DNA of 64,000 nucleotides, taken from the NCBI GenBank assembly GCA_965261545.1, contig CBDHDF010000002.1, positions 224,001 through 288,000 of the forward strand, given 5' to 3'. The notes under the pieces are model-generated. The model was not told the origin of the DNA, ran no database searches, and saw nothing but the letters and a program-made list of their open reading frames with translations. A program made the translations under genes and the position numbers. The DNA is from Bdellovibrionales bacterium. Lineage in GTDB: Bacteria; Bdellovibrionota; Bdellovibrionia; Bdellovibrionales; UBA1609. Shown piece after piece: positions 33,749 through 44,523 of this stretch (its first letter is position 1; each line of letters starts with the position of its first letter).

Positions 33749-34228
33749 GGAGAATCCATGCAAAGGCAGACCTTGGAAGACACCATCGGGAGACACTCCA
33801 TCGGAACTATTGAATCATGTACCCGCCAGTTATCCACAAAATTTACCCACGGCAGCGCTGCGTTGATAGACATCGGGGTCACAGACGCAGCGTCACCATG
33901 GATAAATTTGTGGATAACTGGCTCGCTATTCTCTGCCATTTTGAGCAATGGATTCAACATCCCCATTGAAAAACCCTCCATTGAAACCTCAGAAATGGGG
34001 AGGGTCGAGATTCTCAATGACAAAGTGGCCAATTTTAGTTGGCATCTAACATTCTGGCAAATAAGCCTTAACCCACCGTTGGGACATCGTGACATTGAGG
34101 GTGTAAAAGTTACTGAGTCAGCAGAAAAAAGAAGGTTTAAATTGACAAAGTTTGAGCCACCGTGAAATTCAAAATTGGACCTCAAATTGACTGACTGAGG
34201 GGTGGGTCAAACTTCGTGAAATTCAGCA

Positions 34229-34510
34229 AGATGACTTCCAGGAAATCATTCTGGACCGATACTCAGCGAGAAAAAGCACTCTTATTACCTCCAATCGTAT
34301 CATTGAAGATTGGGGAAAGTGTTTGGGCGATAATACCGTGGCCTCTGCCATCCTGGATCGCCTTCTCCACTGCAGCCAACTATTAAAATTTGAGGGAAAA
34401 AGCTACCGATTGAAGGAAGCTTCAAACCGACTTGTTAAGATAAAAAATTAAAGGTAGGGTGAGCCCATCTTGTCAGATCGCCCTAAATGGATGGTTTTGA
34501 TCCGCCCCTC
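34229..34510 (+). pseudogene. istB 3' fragment and end of a third IS21 lineage
   Basis: ITSNR...WGKCLGDNTVASAILDRLLH...GKSYRL. Confidence 0.8.
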
Positions 34511-34533
34511 GGGATCTATGGAAAGAAAATTTT

Positions 34534-35511
34534 TTACTTTTTTGGGAGAGCCTTGATTTCGTCTTCAGAAAGCCCTGTTGCTTCGGCTATCTCCAAAGCT
34601 TCCTGTCCTTTTAAAATCATCTTTAAAGCAATGGCCTCTCTCTCTTTCCTTCGCCCTTTTTCAAGCCCTTCTTCACGCCCTCTTTCAAGCCCTTCTTCAC
34701 GCCCTTTTTCACGCCCTCTTTCAAGCCCTTTTTCAAGCCCCTCTTCATGGGCTGTGTCGATCTGTGACAAACGATCTCGACGCTGCTTATCTTCAGCTTC
34801 AAGTCGCTCTCGCATAAGTTCGTCTTGAGACAAGTTCCACAAATTTTTGACGGCTCTTCCCATGTCCCTTCCTTTTTTGGCTAGCTCTTGGCTGGTTTGT
34901 TGATTCAGCTCATCCGATCTCTTTAAGAAATAGCACCACGCTTCACGCTGGTCAACAAGGCTGTCTAATCTGCCAATGAACTTGTTCAATTCTACAATGA
35001 CAAATTGCATACCATCGGTGAGTCTCAAATGAGGGTGTCTATCCTGCCTCATGCTGCATGTGTGGTAATAATCGTTGTCCTTGCGTAGCTCAGGAAGGTC
35101 CACAGTACTGAAAACAAGGGAGTAAACAGTTCTTAATTTCTCGTATTTTTCTCCTTCTTTCACTTGATTGGAGTAGACCCGTCCCGCATAGGCAAGAAGG
35201 CGATTTGTAAGGTCTCTTTGGGAGACGGTTTGCATTTCCACGTTCACAGTTTCATCTTCGACCCATTCCCCACTGGATAATTGTCGAGAGATACGAAGCT
35301 TCATATCCAAGATGAAGGTTTTTCCCGAAGGCTTGCTCGCCTCTGAAGAGTTTTCTTCGGCATCTAACAACTGAACATGTTCCACCCGACAACCGGGTGG
35401 CAAAGGAAGAAAATCTTGCAACAAAGGCTTGAGCAAGTCCTGGTCGTGCTTAAAAAATGCTTTAAAAGTGTTATCAAGGGTTAAGCAAAGGGGAGGGAGG
35501 AATTTTTTCAT
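34534..35511 (-). CDS. Rpn / PD-(D/E)XK nuclease family transposase (PDDEXK_2), intact
   Basis: DNTFKAFF, ILDMK, NVEMQ and RLLAY motifs, with C-terminal (E/R)(E/K/R)G(L/R) 4-aa repeats. Confidence 0.9.
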   Translation of the reverse strand: MKKFLPPLCLTLDNTFKAFFKHDQDLLKPLLQDFLPLPPGCRVEHVQLLDAEENSSEASKPSGKTFILDMKLRISRQLSSGEWVEDETVNVEMQTVSQRDLTNRLLAYAGRVYSNQVKEGEKYEKLRTVYSLVFSTVDLPELRKDNDYYHTCSMRQDRHPHLRLTDGMQFVIVELNKFIGRLDSLVDQREAWCYFLKRSDELNQQTSQELAKKGRDMGRAVKNLWNLSQDELMRERLEAEDKQRRDRLSQIDTAHEEGLEKGLERGREKGREEGLERGREEGLEKGRRKEREAIALKMILKGQEALEIAEATGLSEDEIKALPKK

Positions 35512-35790
35512 AAGTAAAAATTATGCATCTTGCTTTGGAGTAAAGTCAATGGCTGTTTTCATTTACAGTTGTAGCCTACAACTCTCTCCCCGTACTTTTT
35601 AAACGACTTTTCTGATCTCCGGGCATACGATATAGGCCATATGATTTCATTGGTTTTGTCTTTGGCATCTCATTTTCTCTACGAAGATGAACCGCAGCCC
35701 GAGGGGCAGACCCGGAGGGCCGCAGAGAGAACTCTCCTCGGTATATCTCGTGGAGCATCTTGCATACTTTGTTGATTTTTTTGAAAAAAC

Positions 35791-37330
35791 GTAACTGCTC
35801 GCACCCCTTCTACACCAGACTTTTAGCCTAAAGACCATTTTTATACTAAAGTATTGATTCTCAAGCCTCCCCATTTAATAATTCTTTCGTGAATACAAGA
35901 AAACAATCCTTACGAAGCGAAATTGAAAACCTCCAGAAGGAATCTAAGAAGATTCTTTCTGACAAGAGTATCCCACGAGAGACTAAACTATTTATTCAGT
36001 CCATGCTGACCATTCTCACAGTTGTAGTGACTTTATTTTTGGAAAAAAAGACTCGTAAAAACTCCAGCAATAGTGGGCTGCCCCCTTCTCAGAACTCTGG
36101 TAGCAATGGGAACCGTAATAAGGAAGGGGCTGAGGAAGACAGCAAGAAAGGATCAAGGCTCGATAACAGTAAGGACACAGAGAGCAAGGAAACAGTGTCT
36201 CCTCAAATTGCTCTAAATGTGGGGCCGATTTGAAGGAAACTGAGATGAAAGGCTCCGAAGAGCGTAAAAAAATTGATATTCTCTATGAGATAAACACCCA
36301 CACTGTCACCTCTGAAATCAAAGAGTGCCATGAATGTGGTACAGAAAACAAAGGCCCATTCCCAGAGGGCATAGATGGACCGATCCAATATGGTATTGGC
36401 ATTAGGGCCTCAATTATTAATTTTATTGTCATTCAAATGATGTCTCTCCAGCGTGTTGGTGAACACTACAAGGGTCTCGTTGGCCGCTTTATCTCACCCT
36501 CAACCATGTTGAAGTATATTTCTCAACTGAGCGAATCTCTTCAAGAGTGGGAACAATGGGCAAAACAACAAATCCTTGAGTCTGTGGTCATTCATGTTGA
36601 CGAAACCTCCATGAGAGTCAATAAGAAGAACTACTGGATTCATACTTATAGCTGTGGTGATCTTACATTGCAGTTCATCCATCCTTCCCGTGGAAAAGAT
36701 GCCATCAAAGATATTGGCATATTGGACAGGTATGGAGGTATCTTGGTACATGACTGTTGGAGTCCCTATTTTTCTTATACAGATATGCTTCATGCTCTGT
36801 GTGTTGCCCATCTTCTTAGGGAATTGAAATTTGTGGAGGATAGCTCTGGTTCGAAATGGGCCACCAATCTGAAAAAACTTCTTCAGGAAGCTGTTGAATT
36901 GGTCCAAAAAAGAAAATCTAAGATATTGACTCGAAAGGAGTATCAAACTCTTCAGAGGAGGTATAGAAATATTCTCACAAGGGCTTTAAAGGAGCTTCCT
37001 CCCTTTCCAGAGAAGAATGGTAAAAAAGGACGAGTGAAACATACAGATGCTCAAAATCTTTGGCTCCGCTTTAAAAAATATGAAGCAGAAATCCTTCTCT
37101 TTGCCAAAGTGAAAGAGGTGGACCCAACCAACAACAGAGCCGAGCGAGACTTGAGAATGAATAAGGTGAAAAAGAAAGTATCAGGTTGCTTCAGGACAGC
37201 AAAAATGGCAAAGCACTTTTGTCGGATTACCAGTTATGTCAAGACTATGAGAAACAAGGGGTTCTCTTCCTTAGAGGCCATCAATATGGCTCTCAAGGGA
37301 GAAATTCCTATGTAAGGTGCGAGCAGTTAC
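35791..37330 (+). mobile_element. IS66-family single-ORF-type element; transposase frameshifted near 36205 (35889-36233 + 36230-37315)
   Basis: TIR GTAACTGCTCGCACC at both ends. KNSSNSGLPPS, CxxC and DDE motifs. Confidence 0.9.
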
Positions 37331-38595
37331 GAAAAATGAGCTATACAAAAAAATGACAAAAGCCGAACTTTATAAGATATTAGACCGTCTCAAGTTGTAT
37401 GAGCTAGCCACAGGCACTCCCATACTTGGTGAAGTGTCAAAAAAGCAAAAAGATATTTTTAAGGCGTTCAATGTAAGTACAAATATTAATCCCAGCCGTC
37501 GCTTCACAATGTCAGGACCTTAGGCCAGAATCCTTGTTACCATTTTTGTAGAATTCAGGATGATAAAGGACTATCTTATATTATCCCTATGAGCTTTGTG
37601 TCAAATCTTTCCAAAGAACTTGTAAATTCCTTATCTTCTAACCTTTCGTCTTCGGCTTCAGCATTTGGTTTCCAAGGAGATACCTATTGGTATTGTCAGA
37701 AAGAGATAAAAATAGGGAAGGTAGATTGTGTAGCCCACCTATATTTGGACAAGAAAAAAAGAACTCAACAAGAGTCTAAATTTCTTGCAAAGATATATGA
37801 ATTTGAAAATATTTTCTATCAGAAGACGTTTCAAGATGAATCTTCTTGTCGCACCTATATAAATGATACTTTCGGAGTTCAAAAGAAATTTTTTAAGATT
37901 AAAAAGGAGAATGAATATTTTGTTTTAGAAAGAAATGTGGATGATCTTGAGGTAGAAATCAATCGCATGGGGTGCGTCATCCTTCTAACAGATTCTAAGA
38001 TAAATATCTCTAGGGATGAGGTACTATCTTTGTATAGAAACAAAGATAGTATAGAAAAAATATTCTTCTCTTTAAAGCATAATCTTAATGAAAAAAGAAA
38101 TAGAATGCATTCTCTTCAAAATATGAAAGGAAGTCTTTTTATTAACTTTATAGCCTTGATTCTAATTTCATGGATCGATCATGTAATGAAAGAAAAGGAA
38201 CTTTATAAAGATTTTTCAAAAGATGAAGTCTATAAAATATTAGATCGCTTGAAATTTTATAAGTTAGCAACAGGTAAGGTCGTTTTGGGAGAAATATCAG
38301 GGAAGCAGAAGACTATTTACTCAGCCTTTAACATAGGAACTCATGTGGATCACAGGTTTGAAATATAGTGTATTCGTTGCTTTAGAGCCTGTCGAGCCTG
38401 TCCTCATAATGAAATTGTACTTCAGTTTCCATACCTTAATCCAGTCGAAAAGAAACAAAGGAGGCAAAGATTTATTTATTTTGAGTATACAAAAAAATAA
38501 TGGCCACTATTCTTCTCATTGAAGGAAGGTCTTAGGTCTTGGTTTATGCAAGCCTTTGGTCCTGAAACCTAGTCATAACTGAAGGGGATTTCAGG

Positions 38596-39415
38596 TATTT
38601 CTCCATTATGTCTTAGATGAATGGTTTGAGAAGGATGTCAAACCACGACTCAAAGGATACGGGTTTATGGCTCGATACTGCGATGACTTCGTGATGGGAT
38701 TCCAGAGGGAAGAGGACGCACGGCGAATCTACGAGGTGTTGCCAAAAAGACTTACTCGATTTGGCTTAACAATGCATCCCGAGAAGTCTCGGATTGTAGA
38801 TTTCCGCCCTCCTCCGTACCGCATTTCCCGCACGAACCTCAAGGAATACGAGAGGGATGTGAGAAAAATCCAGTCGTTTGACTTCTTAGGTTTCAGTCAT
38901 ACATGGCGGAGATCACAGAAAGGAAACTGGGTTGTTTTTCGAGGCACGATGAAAAGTCGTTTGGACAGGGGGCTAGCATCCGTTAGCCTCTGGTGTAAAC
39001 GACATCGTCACGCTCCCATCAAGCATCAAGCCAACCGTTTGCAGCAATTTCTCTACGGTCACTACGCCTATTATGGTGTCTCCGGAAACTACCGAAATAT
39101 AAAGCGGTTCTACCGAGTGGTCATCAGAATATGGAAAAAGTGGCTTATGAGGAGGACGCAAAGGCACCGGATCAACTGGGAGGCTTACAACCGATTGTTG
39201 AAGCGTTTCCCGTTACCCATACCAAGGCTTAGGCGCCCCTACCAGCAATTCCAATGGAATGTCTAATAAGGAATGCTAGAAGACTCCCACGCGAGTGCGA
39301 GTTGGTGTACCTATCCCAACAAGCAGTGAACCTATAATCAGAGGAGCCTAATGCGTGAGTTGCGCACGTTGGGTTCTGGGAGGGGGAAGGGGGGAAACCT
39401 CCTTCCCTACTCGAC
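38596..39415 (+). mobile_element. 3' half of an RT-encoding group II intron (RT/maturase fragment ending 39266, domains V and VI)
   Basis: LHYVLDEWF, RYCDDF and FDFLGF motifs plus an X-domain-like tail. Domain V GAGCCTAATGCGTGAGTTGCGCACGTTGGGTTC. Ends CTACTCGAC. Confidence 0.92.
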
Positions 39416-39543
39416 AGGCAAGGAACTGGCGAAGAGCGTCAAGACCCAAAAGAATATTTAATAAAAATTGTAATTGATTTTCCTTTTTTTTTAATTATAC
39501 TTCTCTCTTAATAATAACTAGACTAAATATTTGGGAGGATTAC

Positions 39544-40233
39544 ATGAAAAAAATTATATTAGTATTTTTATTGGTCATAGGCTCATTAATAACAACACAA
39601 GCTCAGGATTATGGTGTTCGAATGCCGACTGTTGCATTTCTCACCACTGGACATGGCGTATCGAATGATGGAATTCCCCCTCAACCCTATGAAACATTTG
39701 CTTACGATTCAGCTTTACATATGGCAGCTATCGAAGATTTTAATGTTGTACCTTATACCTCTGTTTTACCTAAAGGTTTGAAGTATATTCTATGGGCGGA
39801 GGAAGCGAAAATTGATCCAACAAAAAAAGATATATACCACGGTGCTGTTTTAGAAGTCATTATGGCCGGCGGAGGGGCTGAATACGGTGTGACTTTGGCT
39901 TCAAGTGGAAATCCGGCTCAGGCCATTGGTACTGGATTGGGGTTTACTAAGAAGGCGAAAAGGGTTGATGGAACTATTGTCGGTGGTTATGCTGTAGAAT
40001 ATGTAGAACTTTATGATCATCATGTGACGTCTGACGAAGTTGCTGCCGCAGGTAAAGCGCAGTTAAGCAAAGCTTTGGATCATGAGTTATCTATTCGTGG
40101 TTTGACTAGAGATCAACCACACACATACCTTTTTGATTATGTAAATTTGGATGGTGAGAGTGCGGGTTCTAAGCATGGTTACTCTTTGACTGCGCTGGGT
40201 TTCTTGCAATTTACAAATGCGCCTCTTCCATGA
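39544..40233 (+). CDS. Pyruvoyl-dependent arginine decarboxylase (Chlamydia AaxB-like) with N-terminal signal peptide
   Basis: DGIPPQPYETFAYDSAL...FNVVPYT-SVLP, HGAVLEVIMAG, GGYAVEYVE and LDHELSIRG. SD GGAGG. Confidence 0.85.
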   Translation: MKKIILVFLLVIGSLITTQAQDYGVRMPTVAFLTTGHGVSNDGIPPQPYETFAYDSALHMAAIEDFNVVPYTSVLPKGLKYILWAEEAKIDPTKKDIYHGAVLEVIMAGGGAEYGVTLASSGNPAQAIGTGLGFTKKAKRVDGTIVGGYAVEYVELYDHHVTSDEVAAAGKAQLSKALDHELSIRGLTRDQPHTYLFDYVNLDGESAGSKHGYSLTALGFLQFTNAPLP

Positions 40234-40745
40234 AGTGGATTCTCTTGTAAAAAAAAGGGTGTAGTCATTTCTCATCAACTGATTCACTCTGTCTTCATCC
40301 TCATTTATGCTCATTTGAATCTTTGTATAACTGAAGAGCCAAAAAAATAAGGCTTTAAGTAGGGGGAATTTTTTTAAACGCCCACCCATGGCCTTCAAAG
40401 GCAAGCTCCACTGTTTGAGTGAGCTTAGGAAGGAGACTTAGAAGATGAATGTCATTTTGTTGAAATTTTTAACTTGAGGTACTAAAAAGTACCCGTCAGT
40501 AGTGTCTAGAAGTTTAACAATATTTTTCTGATACGATAGGAAAATGGGAATATGAGGGATTGTAAATGAGATATATTAAGCCACCAACTTATACCCATTC
40601 TACGCAATAAGCAAATGAAGGTGCATTTGCAGCCGCTCATGAGTATGCTCGAAGGTTTGCATCTCGTCAATTTGAACTATGTATGAATATTGTTCTCTTA
40701 ATCTTTAATTCTTGTTTTTGGCTTTGCCAAGTTAGAAGGGCTACA

Positions 40746-42005
40746 TTGAAAATTTTGAAACTTTTGAAATTCTTAATTTTCTTTTTTGGGGCACACAACC
40801 TCTCCGCCCAGACGGCAACTCAAACTGTATCCTCTGTTTATGGCCACGGTCTTCATCCTCTTGTAGAAATCTCTGATCAGGGTCAGACTCTTAATATTTT
40901 TGTTCCTGGAGGCGAAATTTTAGCTCAAATGGTGAGTAATGAAATTCACTACTTACTTGCAGACCATAGGCGTTCCACTAGGGTTGTTCTCAAAGAAGAC
41001 AGTAGCCTCTTGGGAAATTTTGACTATACTCCCTATGGAGAAACAAGTTCCACGGGTGATGTCGAGTTGGTGCTTTATCGCTACGCTGGTCAACCTATGG
41101 ACTCCAAACTCAATAATTACCACTTTTCCTATAGAGAATATGCCCCAAGTGTTCTCCGGTTCACAAGCATCGACCCAGCCAGGTACAATGAATCTCCTTA
41201 TATTTACAGCAACAGCAATCCCACCAATTTTATAGACCTTACAGGAGGGCATCCTGTAAACCTTTGGTTGAGTCAAAAGTCGAGCGATCTCGACTATAAT
41301 CACCTCATGGGCTTGGTGGAGGACCATAATAATTTACATGTTATGAAAAAAACTACCATATTTGGTGAACTTGAATTACATTCTCAATTCAGTCAGCCTA
41401 GGGGGCTCTTATTTGATAAAACATTTTCTTTAGAATCAGTTATAGTCAGGGCTCATGGAAGCCCAGGGATGATAGGGCTCGACTCTCGTCCAGGAAAAGG
41501 TCTGAGTCCAGAGGACTTTGTTGGTCACTTAATTCGTCGTATAGGTGAAATAGATCCACTGGGAGTGGAGCAGGTAAAGAACATTACTTTTTTTGCATGT
41601 CGTATAGGTTGTGCGGAGAATAACCAGCCCTCTTTTGCCAGCCGATTTTTGGGCGAGATATCAAGAAGAACAAGTATAGGCGAACCTTCTTTCTTAGCAT
41701 TGGAGCATGTTACAAGTTCTCCTTATCAGGTAGCCTTAAACAGCCTTCTATCAACCTGGCACAACATGTTTATTCGTTTCACTACGGAGCGAAAATGGAA
41801 CCCAAGTAGTGCAAATTATACTGAAGAGACAGCGCTGGGTACGATGAGTACAACTTCATTTTTAAGAGGGGAAGGAGCTCGTGCAATGAGGGAAACCCAT
41901 TGGCAAAGGAATCATTATAGTACACAAGAGTCCGAGGAGCCGACCGATAGGGAAGAAATAAACGATTCTAATCCCCCTTTGCTAGTAGAAGATGAACTTT
42001 TATAA
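40746..42005 (+). CDS. Secreted mini-RHS core + His/Cys peptidase-like domain protein (probable TTG start)
   Basis: Signal FLIFFFGAHNLSAQ, LADHRRSTR, DYTPYGE, NPTNFIDLTG, VRAHG and FFACRIG. Confidence 0.85.
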   Translation: MKILKLLKFLIFFFGAHNLSAQTATQTVSSVYGHGLHPLVEISDQGQTLNIFVPGGEILAQMVSNEIHYLLADHRRSTRVVLKEDSSLLGNFDYTPYGETSSTGDVELVLYRYAGQPMDSKLNNYHFSYREYAPSVLRFTSIDPARYNESPYIYSNSNPTNFIDLTGGHPVNLWLSQKSSDLDYNHLMGLVEDHNNLHVMKKTTIFGELELHSQFSQPRGLLFDKTFSLESVIVRAHGSPGMIGLDSRPGKGLSPEDFVGHLIRRIGEIDPLGVEQVKNITFFACRIGCAENNQPSFASRFLGEISRRTSIGEPSFLALEHVTSSPYQVALNSLLSTWHNMFIRFTTERKWNPSSANYTEETALGTMSTTSFLRGEGARAMRETHWQRNHYSTQESEEPTDREEINDSNPPLLVEDELL

Positions 42006-42205
42006 CTTGACCTAGTTATCGTGTGTTCATAGTGTCTAAACTCTGTACATTAATCAAGAGATACTGCCCAACAGCCGACCTAATTGATACTTTCTATAAA
42101 TTATAGAACAACAGTATATCTCATATTAATAGAGCGCGAGTTGACAGTTATTCCACAATAATATTAGTCGTTTACACAGAATGAACACACGATAATTAGG
42201 TCAGG
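42006..42205. mobile_element. 200-bp MITE-like element
   Basis: ~36-bp imperfect TIR C(T/C)TGACCTAxTTATCGTGTGTTCAT. A related solo end lies at ~47300-47329. Confidence 0.7.
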
Positions 42206-42214
42206 TTAAAATTT

Positions 42215-44406
42215 TTACTTTTTTTGAAGAGCCTTGATTTCGTCTTCAGCAAGCCCTGTTGCTTCGGACATCTCCAAAGCTTCCTGTCCTTTTAAAATCA
42301 TCTTTAAAGCAATGGCCTTTCTCTCTTCCCTTCGCCCTTTTTCAAGTCCTTCTTCACGCCCCTCTTTACGCCCTTCTTCACGTCCTTTTTCAAGCCCCTC
42401 TTCATGGGCTGTGTCGATCTGTGACAAACGATCTCGACGCTGCTTATCTTCAGCTTCAAGTCGCTCTCGCATAAGTTCGTCTTGAGACAAATTCCACAAA
42501 TTTTTGACGGCTCTTCCCATGTCCCTTCCTTTTTTGGCTAGCTCTTGGCTGGTTTGTTGATCCAACTCATCCGATCTCTTTAAGAAATAGCACCACGCTT
42601 CACGCTGGTCAACAAGGCTGTCTAATCTGCAGAAATTCCCGCCGAGCTTGAAAAAACATTGAAATTCCTCCAAATCTCAGTGTGAGAATTGCACTGCATC
42701 GAATAAGGTAAACCTCCCCGTCTTCGCCATTTAGAGGCGAATGTCCAGACTTTAGTTTAGGGCAAATACGTTAAACTCTTTGGGGCACTTTGAGAAAAAT
42801 GGCTGCTCATGATGTGTCGAAAACATCTGAGGCAGCAATAGGCTTAATCCCATAAGCCATTATGGCGAGGAGTTCCTGCCAATTTTTAAAGTATAGGGTA
42901 TGGAAATACCCCCTCATATGATCCCATAGATAAGATAGTCTCCTCTCTTTTTCTACCGCCTTTTGAAACAATTTACAGGCCAAATGTTGAAGTTGGTCCA
43001 CTAAAAATACCAGCATCATAATCACGGCTAAATTGTTACACAAATTTTGCTTGCCGTGGCCAAAATTGTGCTCAAAGTTGTAACCCAAATTCTTTAACGT
43101 ATTAAATGTTTCATTTTCTATCTTCCAGCGTGCTCTTCCCCCCCCTCATTATTTGCATTATGTTGTCTTCGTTGATCTCAATGTCAGTCACCCAGCTAAA
43201 GTGCTGAACCTTACCGTTTGCTTTCGTCTCTTTGTATTCAATAAAATTCACTCGACAATCAGGATTTGAATCATTGAGTGAAACATCATTTATGAATCGA
43301 AATTCATGTGTCACTCCATTCTCTACCACGGTGAAGTGAGAAACTGTTCCTAAGCTATCTGCTCCATTTACAAACTCAAATAAAACTTTGTGGTCCCCCA
43401 TCTTACAGCCTAAAATATAACTTAATTTTAATTCGTTAAGAAGAGTGATGTGAGGAGCATTGGAAGCCAATCCATCCTCAATAACAATCACTGGAAGGTG
43501 AGGGTGTTCCCTGCGAAAATCTTCAAGGAGTCGTTTGGCTGCATTACGCTCACAATCATTTTTGCTCGATCCATCTGTGTTTGAAATGGGCTCTGGAGCA
43601 ATAGGTATAACCTGTTTCTTATCGGGGTGAACAATCACTCCTGCTAACATTTGATGATAGTAGGTCTTCGTCTCATCACGATGATTCTTTATACAACAAT
43701 TCTCACAATGAATAGTCGAGGAGCTAAAGGCACCTGTTCCATCAATGCTGAGAAGATATTTTCCACCCAAATATGGGTAACCCTCCAAAACCTTCCCTCT
43801 TTGAGCTACGGTAAACAAAGATTTAAAAAAATTTTGAAACTCACGGGTTGGAACAGGATCTAAAATCTCTCGCATAGCCGTATCACTAGGAATTTGGCCT
43901 ATTTGAAACAAATGGTGTAGGTTGTTTTTTGCCACTGGGTCATGGACACGATCACAAAACTGAAGCATGGATGGATCTTTCAAGGCAAACATTGCCACAG
44001 ATGACATAATGGCATCGCTCAGAGGAATCCTATGGGGACGCTGCGATCTTATATCTGGAACTGCAAGAGATTTACTGTGTAGCAGGGAATACATTCCTGA
44101 AGCGGATAGACCTTTTCTAAAATGTTGATGCGACATGACGAACCCTCCTTGGTCTGATGTGCAACAACAAATATTCAAACAGATACTTAGGCAAAAGTCT
44201 ACGAACTCTTTTTGAGGCGAATCTTTTGGAAGCCACTACTGTGGCCTAAACTATTTTTCGACGGGAATTGCTGTCTAATCTGCCAATGAACTTGTTTAAT
44301 TCTACAATGACAAATTGCATACCATCGGTGAGCCTCAAATGAGGGTGTCTATCCTGCCTCATGGTGCATGTGTGGTAATAATCGTTGTCCTTGCGTAGCT
44401 CAGGAA
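42215..44406 (-). pseudogene. PDDEXK_2/Rpn paralog interrupted by an ISNCY-like element and truncated by a MITE
   Basis: 42215-42629 and 44274-44406 match 34534-35096. Confidence 0.9.
42630..44273 (-). mobile_element. ISNCY-like DDE element; transposase frameshifted in a G8 run (43111-44178 + 42807-43088)
   Basis: TIRs CAGAAATTCCCGCCG / CAGCAATTCCCGTCG and 9-bp DR TCTAATCTG. SIDGTG, KNDCERNAAKR and EHNFGHG motifs. Confidence 0.85.
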
Positions 44407-44496
44407 CAATGCCGTTTCTTTAAGCCATTTTGGGTATATGGAAACACGCTCATAGGGGGTTAGGAGTCAAAGAGTGAGATTAAGGAAACGACATTG
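44407..44496. mobile_element. 90-bp MITE with IS4-type TIRs
   Basis: CAATGCCGTTTCTTTAA...TTAAGGAAACGACATTG, the same TIR type as 58696-60111. Confidence 0.9.
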
Positions 44497-44523
44497 CCTT
44501 AGAATGAGTCCATTTTTTTCTAG

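Larger units (their letters stand above)
31269..34228 (+). mobile_element. IS21-family element
   Basis: TG...CA ends with multiple AATTTCAC...TTGACCCAC repeats. 5-bp flanking repeat AGATG. Confidence 0.92.
30904..37559 (+). mobile_element. IS1634-family element B, internally replaced by IS66/IS21/Rpn cargo
   Basis: Perfect TIR CCTGAATTCTACAAAAATGGTAACAAGG and 7-bp DR ATGATAA. Only the transposase start (MSYLHEQKRNGK at 31034) and end (37331-37523) remain. Confidence 0.85.
28156..38595 (+). mobile_element. IS1634-family element A; transposase split into 28279-28815, 30639-30903 and 37560-38368 by nested insertions
   Basis: TIRs CCTGAAATCCGCAAAATTATGACTAGGT / ACCTAGTCATAACTGAAGGGGATTTCAGG. 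FDITSISSY, GYNRD, LDKGFYS and YRNKDSIEK motifs. Confidence 0.9.

Noticed and set aside
33758..34165. Third IS21 gene
   Set aside because: An ORF with an SD is present, but it has no recognisable motifs and an equally long antisense ORF, so it is unsupported.
43130..43150. Programmed frameshift or phase variation in the G8 run (also frameshifts near 36205 and 59250-59350)
   Set aside because: Cannot be separated from homopolymer sequencing error or simple decay without reads.
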